A stretch of 61,339 nt of DNA, the filler included. It is 3 parts of 3 records of this genome, joined end to end, with 100 filler letters (N's around TTAATTAATTAA, not from the genome) between each part and the next. Parts side by side here need not be neighbours in the genome. Positions count along the whole stretch, not along the records: positions 41,269 to 61,339 come from DRR723986_9947; 2 more parts are not named here. The stretch is one strand, 5' to 3'. The notes beneath the pieces were generated by a model. It saw only the letters and a list, made by a program, of their open reading frames with translations, had not been told where the DNA came from and searched no databases. This document shows, piece after piece, positions 53,201 to 61,339 of the stretch. The position numbers and the translations under genes are program-made. Each line of letters begins with the position of its first letter. Position 1 is the stretch's first letter.

Positions 53201-56200
53201 GTAGCCGAACTGCGTGTGCACAATCTGTTTAACTTCTCTGGCCTGCTCCGCCGCAGTTAAGCCACGCAAATCAACTTCTTCAAAGTGAGCTTGCGCGGCC
53301 GGGTCTATAATTTGACGTGGCTCCTGCGCGCCGGACTCCAGCACTATGCGCGTCCGCAGAACATCATGTTGTTGAACGAGCAGATCCAGCGAAGTACGCA
53401 ATTGCGTTCGGTCCAGGCCGCCCTGCAGTTTAAGTGCGGCAGGCATGTTGTAGGCCGCCGATGCTCCAGGCATGTGTGCCAGGAACCACAGGCGACTCTG
53501 CGCCGCACTCAGCGGTGCCGTGCTGTGCTGTGCACAAACGGCAGGCAATTGTGGCAAGTCCTGTGCCGCCCGGCTCGTGACCTTGTCCAGAGTGCTGGAA
53601 GCCTGCCGGGAGTCAAGCTGGTTTTGCATCGAACGCAGCATACCGCGCGGAGTTGGTGTGTTAAACACCTGCGATATGGGAACATCGACTTCAAACTCTG
53701 TGCGCAGGCGCGAGGCCAGCTGCGTCGCCAATAGCGAGTGGCCACCAAGATTAAAGAAGTTTGCCTGCGGACCAAATGTCTCAAGCTGCAGAACCCCGGC
53801 AAAAATCGAACAGACCTGCGCTTCGCGTTCATCGGCCGGCTGTTCCACCAGATCCGGCGACGCTTCACTGTTAATTTCGAGCAAGGCCCGCCGATCGATT
53901 TTACCGTTGACGGTCAGTGGCAACACATCAACGAACACAACTTCGGCCGGGATCACATAATTCGGCAGATGTTTGCCTGCAAATTCCGTCAGTTCGCCCG
54001 GCGCAAGCCCTGTATCCGTGCGCTCAACAAATACCGCCATACGCCGGTTTTCCGCCGCCGTACCGCGAATCACAACAGCTGCGCGCCCGACGTTTGCATG
54101 CCTGCTCAGTGTCGCTTCGACTTCACGTGGATCGATGCGATGCCCGGCAATTTTAACCTGCCTGTCAATCCGTCCCAAAAACTCCAGCGTGCCGTCGCGG
54201 CGCATGCGCACGCGGTCACCAGTGCGATACAGGCGGCCCCCAGCTTGTGTAGCGAATGGATCCGGCACAAAACTGAGCGCCGTGCGGCGCGGATCACGTG
54301 CATAAGCACGCGCAAGTCCTTCACCTCCGGCATACAATTCCCCTGCCAGCATCGGCGGCTGCGGCTGCATATTTGCATCCAACACGCGAATACTGGTACC
54401 CGAAATCGGGCTGCCGAGCGGGACTGCCGCTACGCCGTCATAGTCGCGTGGAACTTCATACACAGCCGTAAAGGTCGTGTTTTCGGTCGGCCCATAACCA
54501 TTTAATAGTTTTGTATTCGGCAGTGAATGTAGAGCTTGTTTAACATGCTCAGGCGAAAGCACATCACCACCGGCCAAAAGATAACGCAGCGCCGTAAGTT
54601 TTTCAGCGGCTACATCAATCATCAAGGAGAACAAACCGCTCGTTAGCCACAAAACGCTGAGCCGATTATCGGCAATGAATTCCGCCAACTCGTTAACACC
54701 GGCGCGCGGCCGCGTTTGCAGAACCAGTTCCGCACCGTTAAGCAGCGCCATAAACACTTCAAAAGTCGAGGCATCAAAACCAAGTGGTGCCAGCGCGCCG
54801 ATCCGATCGCTCGAATCAATCTTGATCCAGTCCGGCTCTACACACAGCCGTTCTATCGCGCGCTGTGGAATGACCACACCTTTGGGTGTGCCGGTTGAAC
54901 CCGAAGTAAACATTACATATGCCGCATGCTCAGGACCGGCATAAAAACGCGGTTCGCGTGCCGGCAGTTGCATTGCCTCTACCCGTGCGGCCTCTATGTC
55001 CACAACCGCAAACTCTTTGCCCAAACTCGTAGCGGAAGAAGGTGCGAGCAGCAACTGCACATCGGCAATTGCACACATTTGTTTAAGTCTGGCGGCCGGA
55101 TAATTTGCATCCAGCGGCACATAGGCCGCACCTGCGGCCAGGATGCCGAGAATTAATGCGATGTCCTGCGCAGAACGCTCCAGTACAATTGCGACGCGTG
55201 CATCAGCGCCAATCCCGCGCGCGTTTAACCAGGCCGCCCAGCGACGCGCAGCCGCCTGTAGCTCAGCATATGTTAAATCTTTGGTAGCCGTGTGCAGGGC
55301 CAATGCGTCGGGCTGCTGCGCTACAACTTCATCAAAACGCGCCATTATGCCGCTGCGCATTTTGTTCTGCAGTTTGCCGGTCGCTAACTGCTCCAGTCTG
55401 CTCTGCTCGTCCGGCAGCAGAATCGGCAGTTCACTTAAACACAACTCCGGACGGCTGCTCCACGCGTGCAGAATCTGCAGGATACGCCCATTCCATTCCT
55501 GTATGCTCGCCGGTGTAAAAAGACTGCTGCGGTATTCCCACATGTTAACCAGTGTCTCGCCGTCTTCGATCGTTGTCAGGGAACAATCGAACTTCGCATT
55601 TTGCTGATCCGGGACGTAAGACTCGAAACTAACACCAGAGAGACTGACACGATCCGCGGGCATGATATGATTCATGTAAACGGTCTGGATAATCGGGTCC
55701 TGGTCTGTGCGCCGCTCAGGCTCCAGCACTTCCACAATGCGCTCAAAAGCGGTGTCCTGCCGTTGATTAGCCGCAAGTATTACAGCGCGTACACGCCCCA
55801 GCAGCGTGCGGAAGTCAGGGTCGTCATTCAGCCGCACCCGCAGCGCCAGTGTGTTGGCAAAAAAGCCGATGATCGCTTCAAATTCACTGTGATTGCGGTT
55901 TGCCACCGGCGAACCAATCACAAGGTCTGTCTGGCCGGTCAAACGCGCCAGCAAAGCAGCGTAAAGCGTGACTCCCAGCATGAAACTCGTGACGCCCGAA
56001 TCACGCGCCAGCTTGCGCCAGCGCGCCGCGTCTTCTGTCTTGAATTCGATTAACAATTGGCGCCCAGCGTGTTCCTGCACGGCCGGACGTGCAAAGTCCA
56101 GCGGCCAGTCCATCGACTGCGGCACCGCACGTAGCTGCGCCTTCCACCAACTTAACTGAGTCTCCAGCTCAGCGCGCCGCGCCGCCGAATGCTGCCAGAC

Positions 56201-57058
56201 CGCAAAGTCTCCATACTGCACCGGCAGGGCCGGTAGCTCCGGTTGCCCGCCTGCAGCAAAAGCCGCATAGGCTGCAATTACTTCTCGCTGAAAGATTTCT
56301 ACCGACCAGCCATCGGAAATGATGTGGTGTTTGCTGTAAATTAACATGTGGCGCTGCTCCGCCAACTTCACCAGAAGAACACGCAGCAGCGGCGCCTGCT
56401 CCAGATCAAAACTGTAGCGACGCTCAGTCTCAATGATTTTATCCAGGGCCAATTTTTGCGCCGAGGCATCCAGCGCGCTCAGATCGGTCGGCTCCCCCAG
56501 CACGCTGTCCCTAAGAATGTTAACTTTCTGATACGGACGGCCATCCTTTGAATGAAAACTCGTGCGCAGACTTTCATGCCGCGCTGTTAAATAGTCAAAG
56601 GCCTGACGCAGCGCCGGAACCGAAAGTTCGCCGTTCAACTCTTTCAGGTCGAACATATTGTAGGCATTGTGCGCCGTCTCTGCGAGCTGATCCAGGAACC
56701 ATAGGCGCAACTGCGTGTGGCTCAGCGGTAAACTACCACTGCGGTTCGCCACCGGAAACTTGCGCGCCGCAGGCACGACAGATGCTGGCTCTGCGGCCTC
56801 CGCTGCAACCGTATCGTCGGCGGAAGTCCGCCGCAGAAAATCTTTAAGCGCTTCCTTGTTGGACTTCAGGCGTTGTTTAAGTTCGGCATTCAGCGCTCCC
56901 TTGGGTGCGCTGAAACGCAGCACGTCACCGTCGCGAAGCTGTAGCTTGACTCCGCGTTTTACCAACTCATCTATCAACAGTTGTAAGTCTTCGGTCGCAG
57001 TCGCCGCAGTAACCTGGCCCGCAGCCGCAGCTGTATTTGTCCCGGAGGCATGACTCAT
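50258..57058 (-). CDS. Bimodular NRPS: TubC_N docking - C-A-T - C-A-T
   Basis: GVKL...LRFSAPKGAL docking domain; HHIISDG and HHIAGDA; two TSGSTGxPKG/YGPTE A domains; GGHSL and GGNSL carriers. Confidence 0.95.
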   Translation of the reverse strand: MSHASGTNTAAAAGQVTAATATEDLQLLIDELVKRGVKLQLRDGDVLRFSAPKGALNAELKQRLKSNKEALKDFLRRTSADDTVAAEAAEPASVVPAARKFPVANRSGSLPLSHTQLRLWFLDQLAETAHNAYNMFDLKELNGELSVPALRQAFDYLTARHESLRTSFHSKDGRPYQKVNILRDSVLGEPTDLSALDASAQKLALDKIIETERRYSFDLEQAPLLRVLLVKLAEQRHMLIYSKHHIISDGWSVEIFQREVIAAYAAFAAGGQPELPALPVQYGDFAVWQHSAARRAELETQLSWWKAQLRAVPQSMDWPLDFARPAVQEHAGRQLLIEFKTEDAARWRKLARDSGVTSFMLGVTLYAALLARLTGQTDLVIGSPVANRNHSEFEAIIGFFANTLALRVRLNDDPDFRTLLGRVRAVILAANQRQDTAFERIVEVLEPERRTDQDPIIQTVYMNHIMPADRVSLSGVSFESYVPDQQNAKFDCSLTTIEDGETLVNMWEYRSSLFTPASIQEWNGRILQILHAWSSRPELCLSELPILLPDEQSRLEQLATGKLQNKMRSGIMARFDEVVAQQPDALALHTATKDLTYAELQAAARRWAAWLNARGIGADARVAIVLERSAQDIALILGILAAGAAYVPLDANYPAARLKQMCAIADVQLLLAPSSATSLGKEFAVVDIEAARVEAMQLPAREPRFYAGPEHAAYVMFTSGSTGTPKGVVIPQRAIERLCVEPDWIKIDSSDRIGALAPLGFDASTFEVFMALLNGAELVLQTRPRAGVNELAEFIADNRLSVLWLTSGLFSLMIDVAAEKLTALRYLLAGGDVLSPEHVKQALHSLPNTKLLNGYGPTENTTFTAVYEVPRDYDGVAAVPLGSPISGTSIRVLDANMQPQPPMLAGELYAGGEGLARAYARDPRRTALSFVPDPFATQAGGRLYRTGDRVRMRRDGTLEFLGRIDRQVKIAGHRIDPREVEATLSRHANVGRAAVVIRGTAAENRRMAVFVERTDTGLAPGELTEFAGKHLPNYVIPAEVVFVDVLPLTVNGKIDRRALLEINSEASPDLVEQPADEREAQVCSIFAGVLQLETFGPQANFFNLGGHSLLATQLASRLRTEFEVDVPISQVFNTPTPRGMLRSMQNQLDSRQASSTLDKVTSRAAQDLPQLPAVCAQHSTAPLSAAQSRLWFLAHMPGASAAYNMPAALKLQGGLDRTQLRTSLDLLVQQHDVLRTRIVLESGAQEPRQIIDPAAQAHFEEVDLRGLTAAEQAREVKQIVHTQFGYAFKLAEEHPLRCMLIVLQHAAQDAGTIDPSGEYLLIVNVHHIAGDAWSFNIFVNDLVRFYGGEHALNREQLQYADIAVWQRAWRAAGGLDQQREYWTSALQGAPTLLHLPTDHDYPAVQTFSGGHVDLTISPDLQARWEQLGKDLGATTFMTYLAAWGLLLGRHAHSEDVLIAAPIANRNRPEFESVMGFFVNTLVLRVKQESGATVREFMQSVMQSCLQAYSNQDLPFDELLELLDVERPAGRSPLVQVMFDVQNAPMAPLALSELNISMLEAEFDVAKFELSLSMAEDARGMRAIIEYNSDLFEHSSVENMGRRFVALLEQLSQNLDRPLATIHALSAAESAVLASDGPVADQPADLFTAVFEQTAAMHGSRPALDSADACLTYTELDDYSRKLAAHLQARGVGPGDFVGIALARTVVLPAALLAVLRCGAAFVPLDIAYPAERLKMMLADTAPQLVLLDASSADAEVFAGRPSIRIDQLPEKTSADVNSDAPQFTHVEISPEQAAYVIYTSGSTGRPKGVVITQAAMAEYLQAFQMLSQLDSSDRYAQFTSINFDAAIEELFAPLCAGAVIVLPQTADMGDFGAYEAFLAQQSISVASMTTAFWQEWMAAGDTKITLPNLRRVVMGGEAGQRPGVTQFAARLPHCELFNCYGPTETTISATIDVVDCAAQPTRGTVPIGLPVGRTQIYLLDAAGRPVPPGSIGDLWISGPQLARGYHKRPATTAWAFVPDPYSSIPGARMYRSGDHARILANGNLQFVGRSDDQVKIRGFRIELGEIERCLFNHPAVERAAVKLWRQPAGPQLHAYAELKADREPDAQTRRELREFMRAQMPAHMQPHKLHLTDALARLPNGKVNYKALRHADEQSVASGAERTAPANDLERRIVSIWQATIDFAEPDVHANFFDQGGNSLKSIALLTRLQSAFPGVFDVADMFDKNTVRLQAEAVNATQDSNHSASAVNQENTNQPSKQRIGKISL

Positions 57059-59475
57059 ATTTCGCCCTCCTCAAAGTCTTCAGTCTCTGAGTCACACACA
57101 GTCAGTCGCTTAACAATTTCTTCAGAGTTCAACTGCGAAGCCGTAATTTCCTGCACGCCCGAAGGCAGCATATACGCCGGAATCCGCTCACGCAAAAACT
57201 GCTGCAGCGAATGCACATCCGGCGCCACACGGCCGGCCAGAGGACATATCTCGACTACGATCGACGTGTTAACAACATCGGCTCCCCTAAGCTGATCAGA
57301 ATCAAACTCTCCATCCGCAGCAAGGGCGGGCCGCACATCGGCCCACGCAACTGCCGGATGTTGTTCGACTGCCATACGTAATTCATTTAATTCAAACTCA
57401 AACTCTCCGGCTTTGAGACTCGCGTCTCCGCCCGATAGTTCGATCATATTAGCTGGTATCCGCCGTGCGCGCACAGTCCCCAGACCGTCAAAATGTGTCA
57501 GCGGCTGTGTAGTGTCGGCACTAACCTGCAATTTGCCGGCCACACCGGCGGCCAAAACCTGCCCCTGCCGCCCAATGATGCTGTATGCCTGGCCTGCGAG
57601 CGCTTGCAGCTGTGGTAAAGCTGTGCTGTTAACACTCTCCAGACTAAACTCTTTTGTCGCTACTGCCGCACCGGCGGCGCGCAGCTCAAAACGCAGATGC
57701 ACGTCCGGCATCAGTTGGAAGTGACGCTCCAGCAGTGCATATGACGGGTACTCTCCAATTAAACAAATGGTCTGGGCCTCCGGCGCGCACATTAATCCGG
57801 CGGCCTGGATGCGTGCCAGTGCCGTCATATACTCACGGCTGTTAAACACGAGTGCGGCTGTATTGGCCTCTGCCGCAGGGTGTGCTGCCCTACCCTTCCA
57901 GTTCACCTCGGAACTCAAAGCCTCCAGCCGCAAGTCCTTCAGCTGCGCAGCCTCTGCCGTACAGAGTCGCTCCAGAATTTCAGTCAGCACTGCCCGCATC
58001 TGTTTAACAAGCTGCGCATCAAAGGCCGCGCTGTTAAACTTCAGGGAACCAAGCACACGCTCGTCAATCAGCCCCACTTCCAGTGCCAGGTCAAACTGCC
58101 CCGTCTGCAGAACATGTTCCTGCATTTGCAGCTCCAAATCCGCAAACTTCACCCAGCCGGATGTTTCCGTGTTGTCCGGAACGGAATCATGCGCCAAACT
58201 CTCAGCAGAACGCTCGTTTGTTTGTTCTGCCGCTGCCTCAGAGCGTTTACTGCGCGCCTGCGCCCTAATCAATTCACGCATCAAACCTTCCGTCGGCAGA
58301 CTCTGAACTACCAGCGCAGATTGGAATGCAGGTGTGATTGCCGCACTCCGCGGAAAACCTCCAGCCGCAACAATGTCGCCAAACGGTAAATGCCGCCGAC
58401 GCAGCCCCGCCTGTACGCTCGACTTTACGGCCGCCACATAATCTGCCAAGGTCATGCTGTCCTGCATCTGCAGACGCAAGGGCAGCATGTTGATGAAGTA
58501 GCCCACCGCCGAACGCATTTCCGGCAAGGCGCGCAAAGTTGTTGGGCTGCCGACCGTGCAATCATCGCTCTGGCAAAACTCGCGCAGCATCAGCCCCCAG
58601 CCCGCCAGAAGCAGAACGTAGAGTGAGGTGTCCAGCTCACGCGCCCGCCGCTGCAAGGCACCGGACTCTGCCGCCGAAAGCTCAAAGCGCAGCGCAGCGC
58701 CTTTAACTTCCCGCACCGCCGGACGCGGACGCCGCACCGGTAGATTTGTCATCGCCTTGGCCGAAGCCAGGCTGCTGCGCCAAAATGCCCGCGCCGCAGT
58801 GCTTTCCGCGCTCGCTAAATATTCTTGTTCGGCAATATGTGCGGCGCTTACATGCGCGCGACTGCTCAACTTTGAAGCCACCGGCACTTCGGCTTGAGCA
58901 TAGAGTCGCAAAAGGTCGTCTACCAACACGCCCATCGACCAATAGTCAACTACAATGTGATGTGCCGCAATAATCAGGAGCGCTTCTTCGGCGGCACCAT
59001 GCAGCTCGGAGCGCCGGGGACGCAGGAGCACAATCCGCGCCAGCTGCTCGTCCAGCTTAAATGCGCGTTTGCCATACTCAGCGCCATAGGCCTGCCATGC
59101 AGCAGCATCCCGCGCAGATGAGCCCGGTACACCAACTTCTTCAAGCCGTAGCGGGCTTGCACTAATATGCAATTGCGTCTCGGCCAACGAGCTGTCACAA
59201 CGTGCGCTGATTGCGGGATGCAGTTTGCTGAGTGCGCGCACTGCTTTACGCAATCGATTGATATCGAGCGCGCCGCGTACTTTAATAGCCGTGAATATGT
59301 TGTAACTATCCGAATCCGGCTCTTCGCTTTGCAACAGATACATCGCTGCCTGTCCGGATGTCAAAGCCACCTGTTGTTGCAGGTCTGCCGTGCCGTGCCG
59401 GATCAAACGTGTAAGAAGAGCGCGTTTCTGCGCAGGGCTCAGTGCTTGTAGAGCTTGCAGTGAAGCCTGTTTCAT
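57055..59475 (-). CDS. Condensation-domain protein with decayed adenylation remnant and SLiM docking tail
   Basis: LSPAQKRALL leader; HHIVVDYWS, VGYFINMLPLR and FDLAL; A-domain C-terminal relic (ELNEL..AVEQHPAV; LRERIPAYMLP); ends EDFEEGEI; no carrier motif. Confidence 0.85.
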   Translation of the reverse strand: MKQASLQALQALSPAQKRALLTRLIRHGTADLQQQVALTSGQAAMYLLQSEEPDSDSYNIFTAIKVRGALDINRLRKAVRALSKLHPAISARCDSSLAETQLHISASPLRLEEVGVPGSSARDAAAWQAYGAEYGKRAFKLDEQLARIVLLRPRRSELHGAAEEALLIIAAHHIVVDYWSMGVLVDDLLRLYAQAEVPVASKLSSRAHVSAAHIAEQEYLASAESTAARAFWRSSLASAKAMTNLPVRRPRPAVREVKGAALRFELSAAESGALQRRARELDTSLYVLLLAGWGLMLREFCQSDDCTVGSPTTLRALPEMRSAVGYFINMLPLRLQMQDSMTLADYVAAVKSSVQAGLRRRHLPFGDIVAAGGFPRSAAITPAFQSALVVQSLPTEGLMRELIRAQARSKRSEAAAEQTNERSAESLAHDSVPDNTETSGWVKFADLELQMQEHVLQTGQFDLALEVGLIDERVLGSLKFNSAAFDAQLVKQMRAVLTEILERLCTAEAAQLKDLRLEALSSEVNWKGRAAHPAAEANTAALVFNSREYMTALARIQAAGLMCAPEAQTICLIGEYPSYALLERHFQLMPDVHLRFELRAAGAAVATKEFSLESVNSTALPQLQALAGQAYSIIGRQGQVLAAGVAGKLQVSADTTQPLTHFDGLGTVRARRIPANMIELSGGDASLKAGEFEFELNELRMAVEQHPAVAWADVRPALAADGEFDSDQLRGADVVNTSIVVEICPLAGRVAPDVHSLQQFLRERIPAYMLPSGVQEITASQLNSEEIVKRLTVCDSETEDFEEGEI

Positions 59476-59621
59476 ACCAATTGCGGAAATGGTGACCGGA
59501 GCTGCGCAGCATCAATCAGTGGATGCACATGCTGCCAACGAACCCGCGAATATACCTAAATTTTGGCACACCTGCAGCAATACAGGGCCTGCTTCTTCAC
59601 CTGTTAACTTCCCATTGAGGC

Positions 59622-59644
59622 AGGCCTTTACGACCAAAAGGCCT
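59622..59644. terminator. Intergenic hairpin downstream of the DUF697 gene
   Basis: AGGCCTTT-acgacca-AAAGGCCT; no clear U tract. Confidence 0.35.
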
Positions 59645-59684
59645 CGGTGGAATTGTATCGTAAGCCCAGGTCCGGCAATCAGGA

Positions 59685-61157
59685 CTACGTAGCTTGTGCT
59701 TCTTGTTTTTCAGCATCGGAGGCCTCGCGTTTCCAACGTTCTGAAACCGTGCCGGCTTCCGCGTACACCTCCCGAAAATGAATCTTCATCTTTTCAGGAT
59801 CAAATGAGAAAAAGCTTCCGCCAGACTCAAAGTGGTAAATAAATATCTTGCCCACCGCGTAGGTAAACGCTGCTCCGAAAGCCGGCATCGTCAGGAAGCC
59901 CAGCAAACGTCCCACACCGGAAAACAGCATCAGGCCAGTACTTGCCGCACCCAGCCCCAGCGTCGTCGCCGTAATCGAGGAAAGCAGTGCGCCCACGTAG
60001 GCCTTGCCGTCATTCTCTGAAAATCGCAAATTGTATTTTTCCGTCAGCCGCCGCAGCATTTTGACCTGCACAACAGTCAGCGCCGCAATATCCAGCCACG
60101 GAATCGGCACGAGGCCCGTGCCCGCCGAATACAGACTAAAGCGTTTGACAACTTTCATGGCCTCCCGCAGACGCGCACGCTCTTCTTCCGGAGTGAGCGG
60201 CACCATCGTCGCCTCCGTCACAGGAATCTCTTTCTCCGCTCCAGCGCTGGTGTTGTTTTGGGCCTCTCCAGTTTTAGACTCCGCAGTTGTAGCTTTGGAT
60301 TGGGCATTACCGTCTTTTGTTTGTTGGTTGGCCTCCGTAGCTGTATCACTGGTTGATGACGCACTCTGGGCGCCGGCCGCCGCTTTTGCCTGCTTGCTTC
60401 TGGCGCTACTTTTTGTGCCAGTACTGGTTGACTTCTTAGCTTCACTTTCCGCGGCACTTTCCGCAACAATTTTCGCCTCAACTACTGGAATCTCTCTCTC
60501 CGCGGCCGCACTTTTGGATTCAGCCTCAGCCGCAGTTTTAGCCGAAGTTTTGGCAGCTGTTCCGCTTATTTTCTGTCCTGTAGTTTTGGACTTGGCGGCA
60601 CGTGTTTTGGCGGTGGTCGCTTTGGCTGCGGGAGCTTTGGCGGCACTTACTTCACTCGCGGGGACAGCCTCGGCAGCTTTGCTGGCCTCTTTTTGAGCTT
60701 TTTGTTTTGCACTGGGTGAGGATGCCCGCGTCTTTGGGCTCGCAGACTTTTTGCGTGGAGTCTTGGCGCCGGCAGGCTTGGGTTCCGTCTCAGAGGCTGG
60801 AGACCCTGAGGCTGGATTGTCGGCTGACGTATCGGCTGACTCGGGGGCTGACGTATCGGCAGTAGATTCAGCTACTTTTGATGTGTGCGCCGCACCGGCC
60901 GTGCGCGCTCCTCCAGGTTTTGCGGCCGCCTTTGATCTGGAGCGCCGCACCGGTTTCTGCGCATCGGTCGCGCCTGAAGAAGTATCTGGCGCATCGGCGC
61001 TTGCGGACGCAGCGGCGGCGCTTTTATCGGCCGCTCCGGCATCTGAATCTGGAGTTTCATAGAGGCGCCGACGCGAGCGGCGCACTGTAGGACGCGGTGT
61101 TTTGTCATTTGACGCAGAGTCTGCGTCGGGTGTATCTTCGTCGGGAAACTGGTTCAT
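59685..61157 (-). CDS. DUF697/YcjF-like protein with about 320-aa low-complexity N-terminus
   Basis: C-terminal GLVPIPWLDIAALTVVQVKML...Y and TYAVGKIF..HFESGG; N-terminus rich in A/S/K/T/E. Confidence 0.82.
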   Translation of the reverse strand: MNQFPDEDTPDADSASNDKTPRPTVRRSRRRLYETPDSDAGAADKSAAAASASADAPDTSSGATDAQKPVRRSRSKAAAKPGGARTAGAAHTSKVAESTADTSAPESADTSADNPASGSPASETEPKPAGAKTPRKKSASPKTRASSPSAKQKAQKEASKAAEAVPASEVSAAKAPAAKATTAKTRAAKSKTTGQKISGTAAKTSAKTAAEAESKSAAAEREIPVVEAKIVAESAAESEAKKSTSTGTKSSARSKQAKAAAGAQSASSTSDTATEANQQTKDGNAQSKATTAESKTGEAQNNTSAGAEKEIPVTEATMVPLTPEEERARLREAMKVVKRFSLYSAGTGLVPIPWLDIAALTVVQVKMLRRLTEKYNLRFSENDGKAYVGALLSSITATTLGLGAASTGLMLFSGVGRLLGFLTMPAFGAAFTYAVGKIFIYHFESGGSFFSFDPEKMKIHFREVYAEAGTVSERWKREASDAEKQEAQAT

Positions 61158-61237
61158 ATGCTGGTCCTGAGCTGCAAGTGAGTATAGGCCGAACTGGTAA
61201 CTGAGAGACTAAAATATTAAATTCTGGAGCCTCGAAT

Positions 61238-61320
61238 TTTTCAGGCGGCAACAGCTGTTAGCCTTAGGCTAACAGCTCGATTTCGCTAGGCCAAAATTTT
61301 CAGGCGTCTACAGCTGTTAG
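61238..61320. repeat. Direct repeat pair plus perfect inverted repeat upstream of the cluster
   Basis: TTTTCAGGCGnnnACAGCTGTTAG at 61238-61261 and 61297-61320; AGCTGTTAGCCT-t-AGGCTAACAGCT at 61253-61277. Confidence 0.8.
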
Positions 61321-61339
61321 GTACTGTGTTAAAAATCAA

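Noticed and set aside
46202-57058. Syringolin/glidobactin-type cluster, suggested by Val, Lys and PKS
   Set aside because: No DH, KR or TE domain, no SylB-like gene in view, and a different module order.
61238-61320. CRISPR array (24-bp repeat, 35-bp spacer)
   Set aside because: Only two imperfect copies, the 'spacer' contains an inverted copy of the repeat core, and no cas genes are visible. Sequence beyond the window is unknown.

Overview
The window joins three unrelated contigs with 100-bp N/TTAATTAATTAA/N linkers (30593-30692 and 41169-41268), so gene neighbourhood must not be read across those points. Contig 1 (1-30592) is high-GC and looks like Rhodobacteraceae by inference. It is a dense catabolic island with these parts: a TRAP binding protein and GntR regulator with a TTGTATACAA operator; a GlxA-type AraC regulator facing an operon of DHDPS-like lyase, NitT-type ABC transporter, two aldehyde dehydrogenases, a 2-hydroxyacid dehydrogenase and an enolase-superfamily enzyme; a split HcnABC/opine-oxidase-like dehydrogenase flanking LysR, MmgE/PrpD and an Opp/Dpp transporter, with a shared operator-like motif in both promoters; a ROK-regulated ABC transporter with a 2H phosphoesterase; a decayed IS6; and a DmdA-related aminomethyltransferase. 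Contig 2 (30693-41168) looks like a planctomycete. It has a COG0523 GTPase, a tandem double sulfatase, a sulfatase with an atypical CSASK motif, a PD-(D/E)XK-like ORF and TadE/TadG genes. Contig 3 (41269-61339) has a YdjM-like hydrolase, a DUF2339 protein and the most notable feature, an unusual NRPS-PKS assembly line. Its order is C-dead A-SLiM / betaHD-C-A(Val)-T-C-A(basic residue?)-T / KS-dead AT-T-C, with no thioesterase or reductase. Upstream are a DUF697 protein with a long disordered N-terminus and a repeat-rich regulatory region. No rRNA, tRNA or CRISPR array was seen. All family assignments come from motif recognition by eye; no searches were run.
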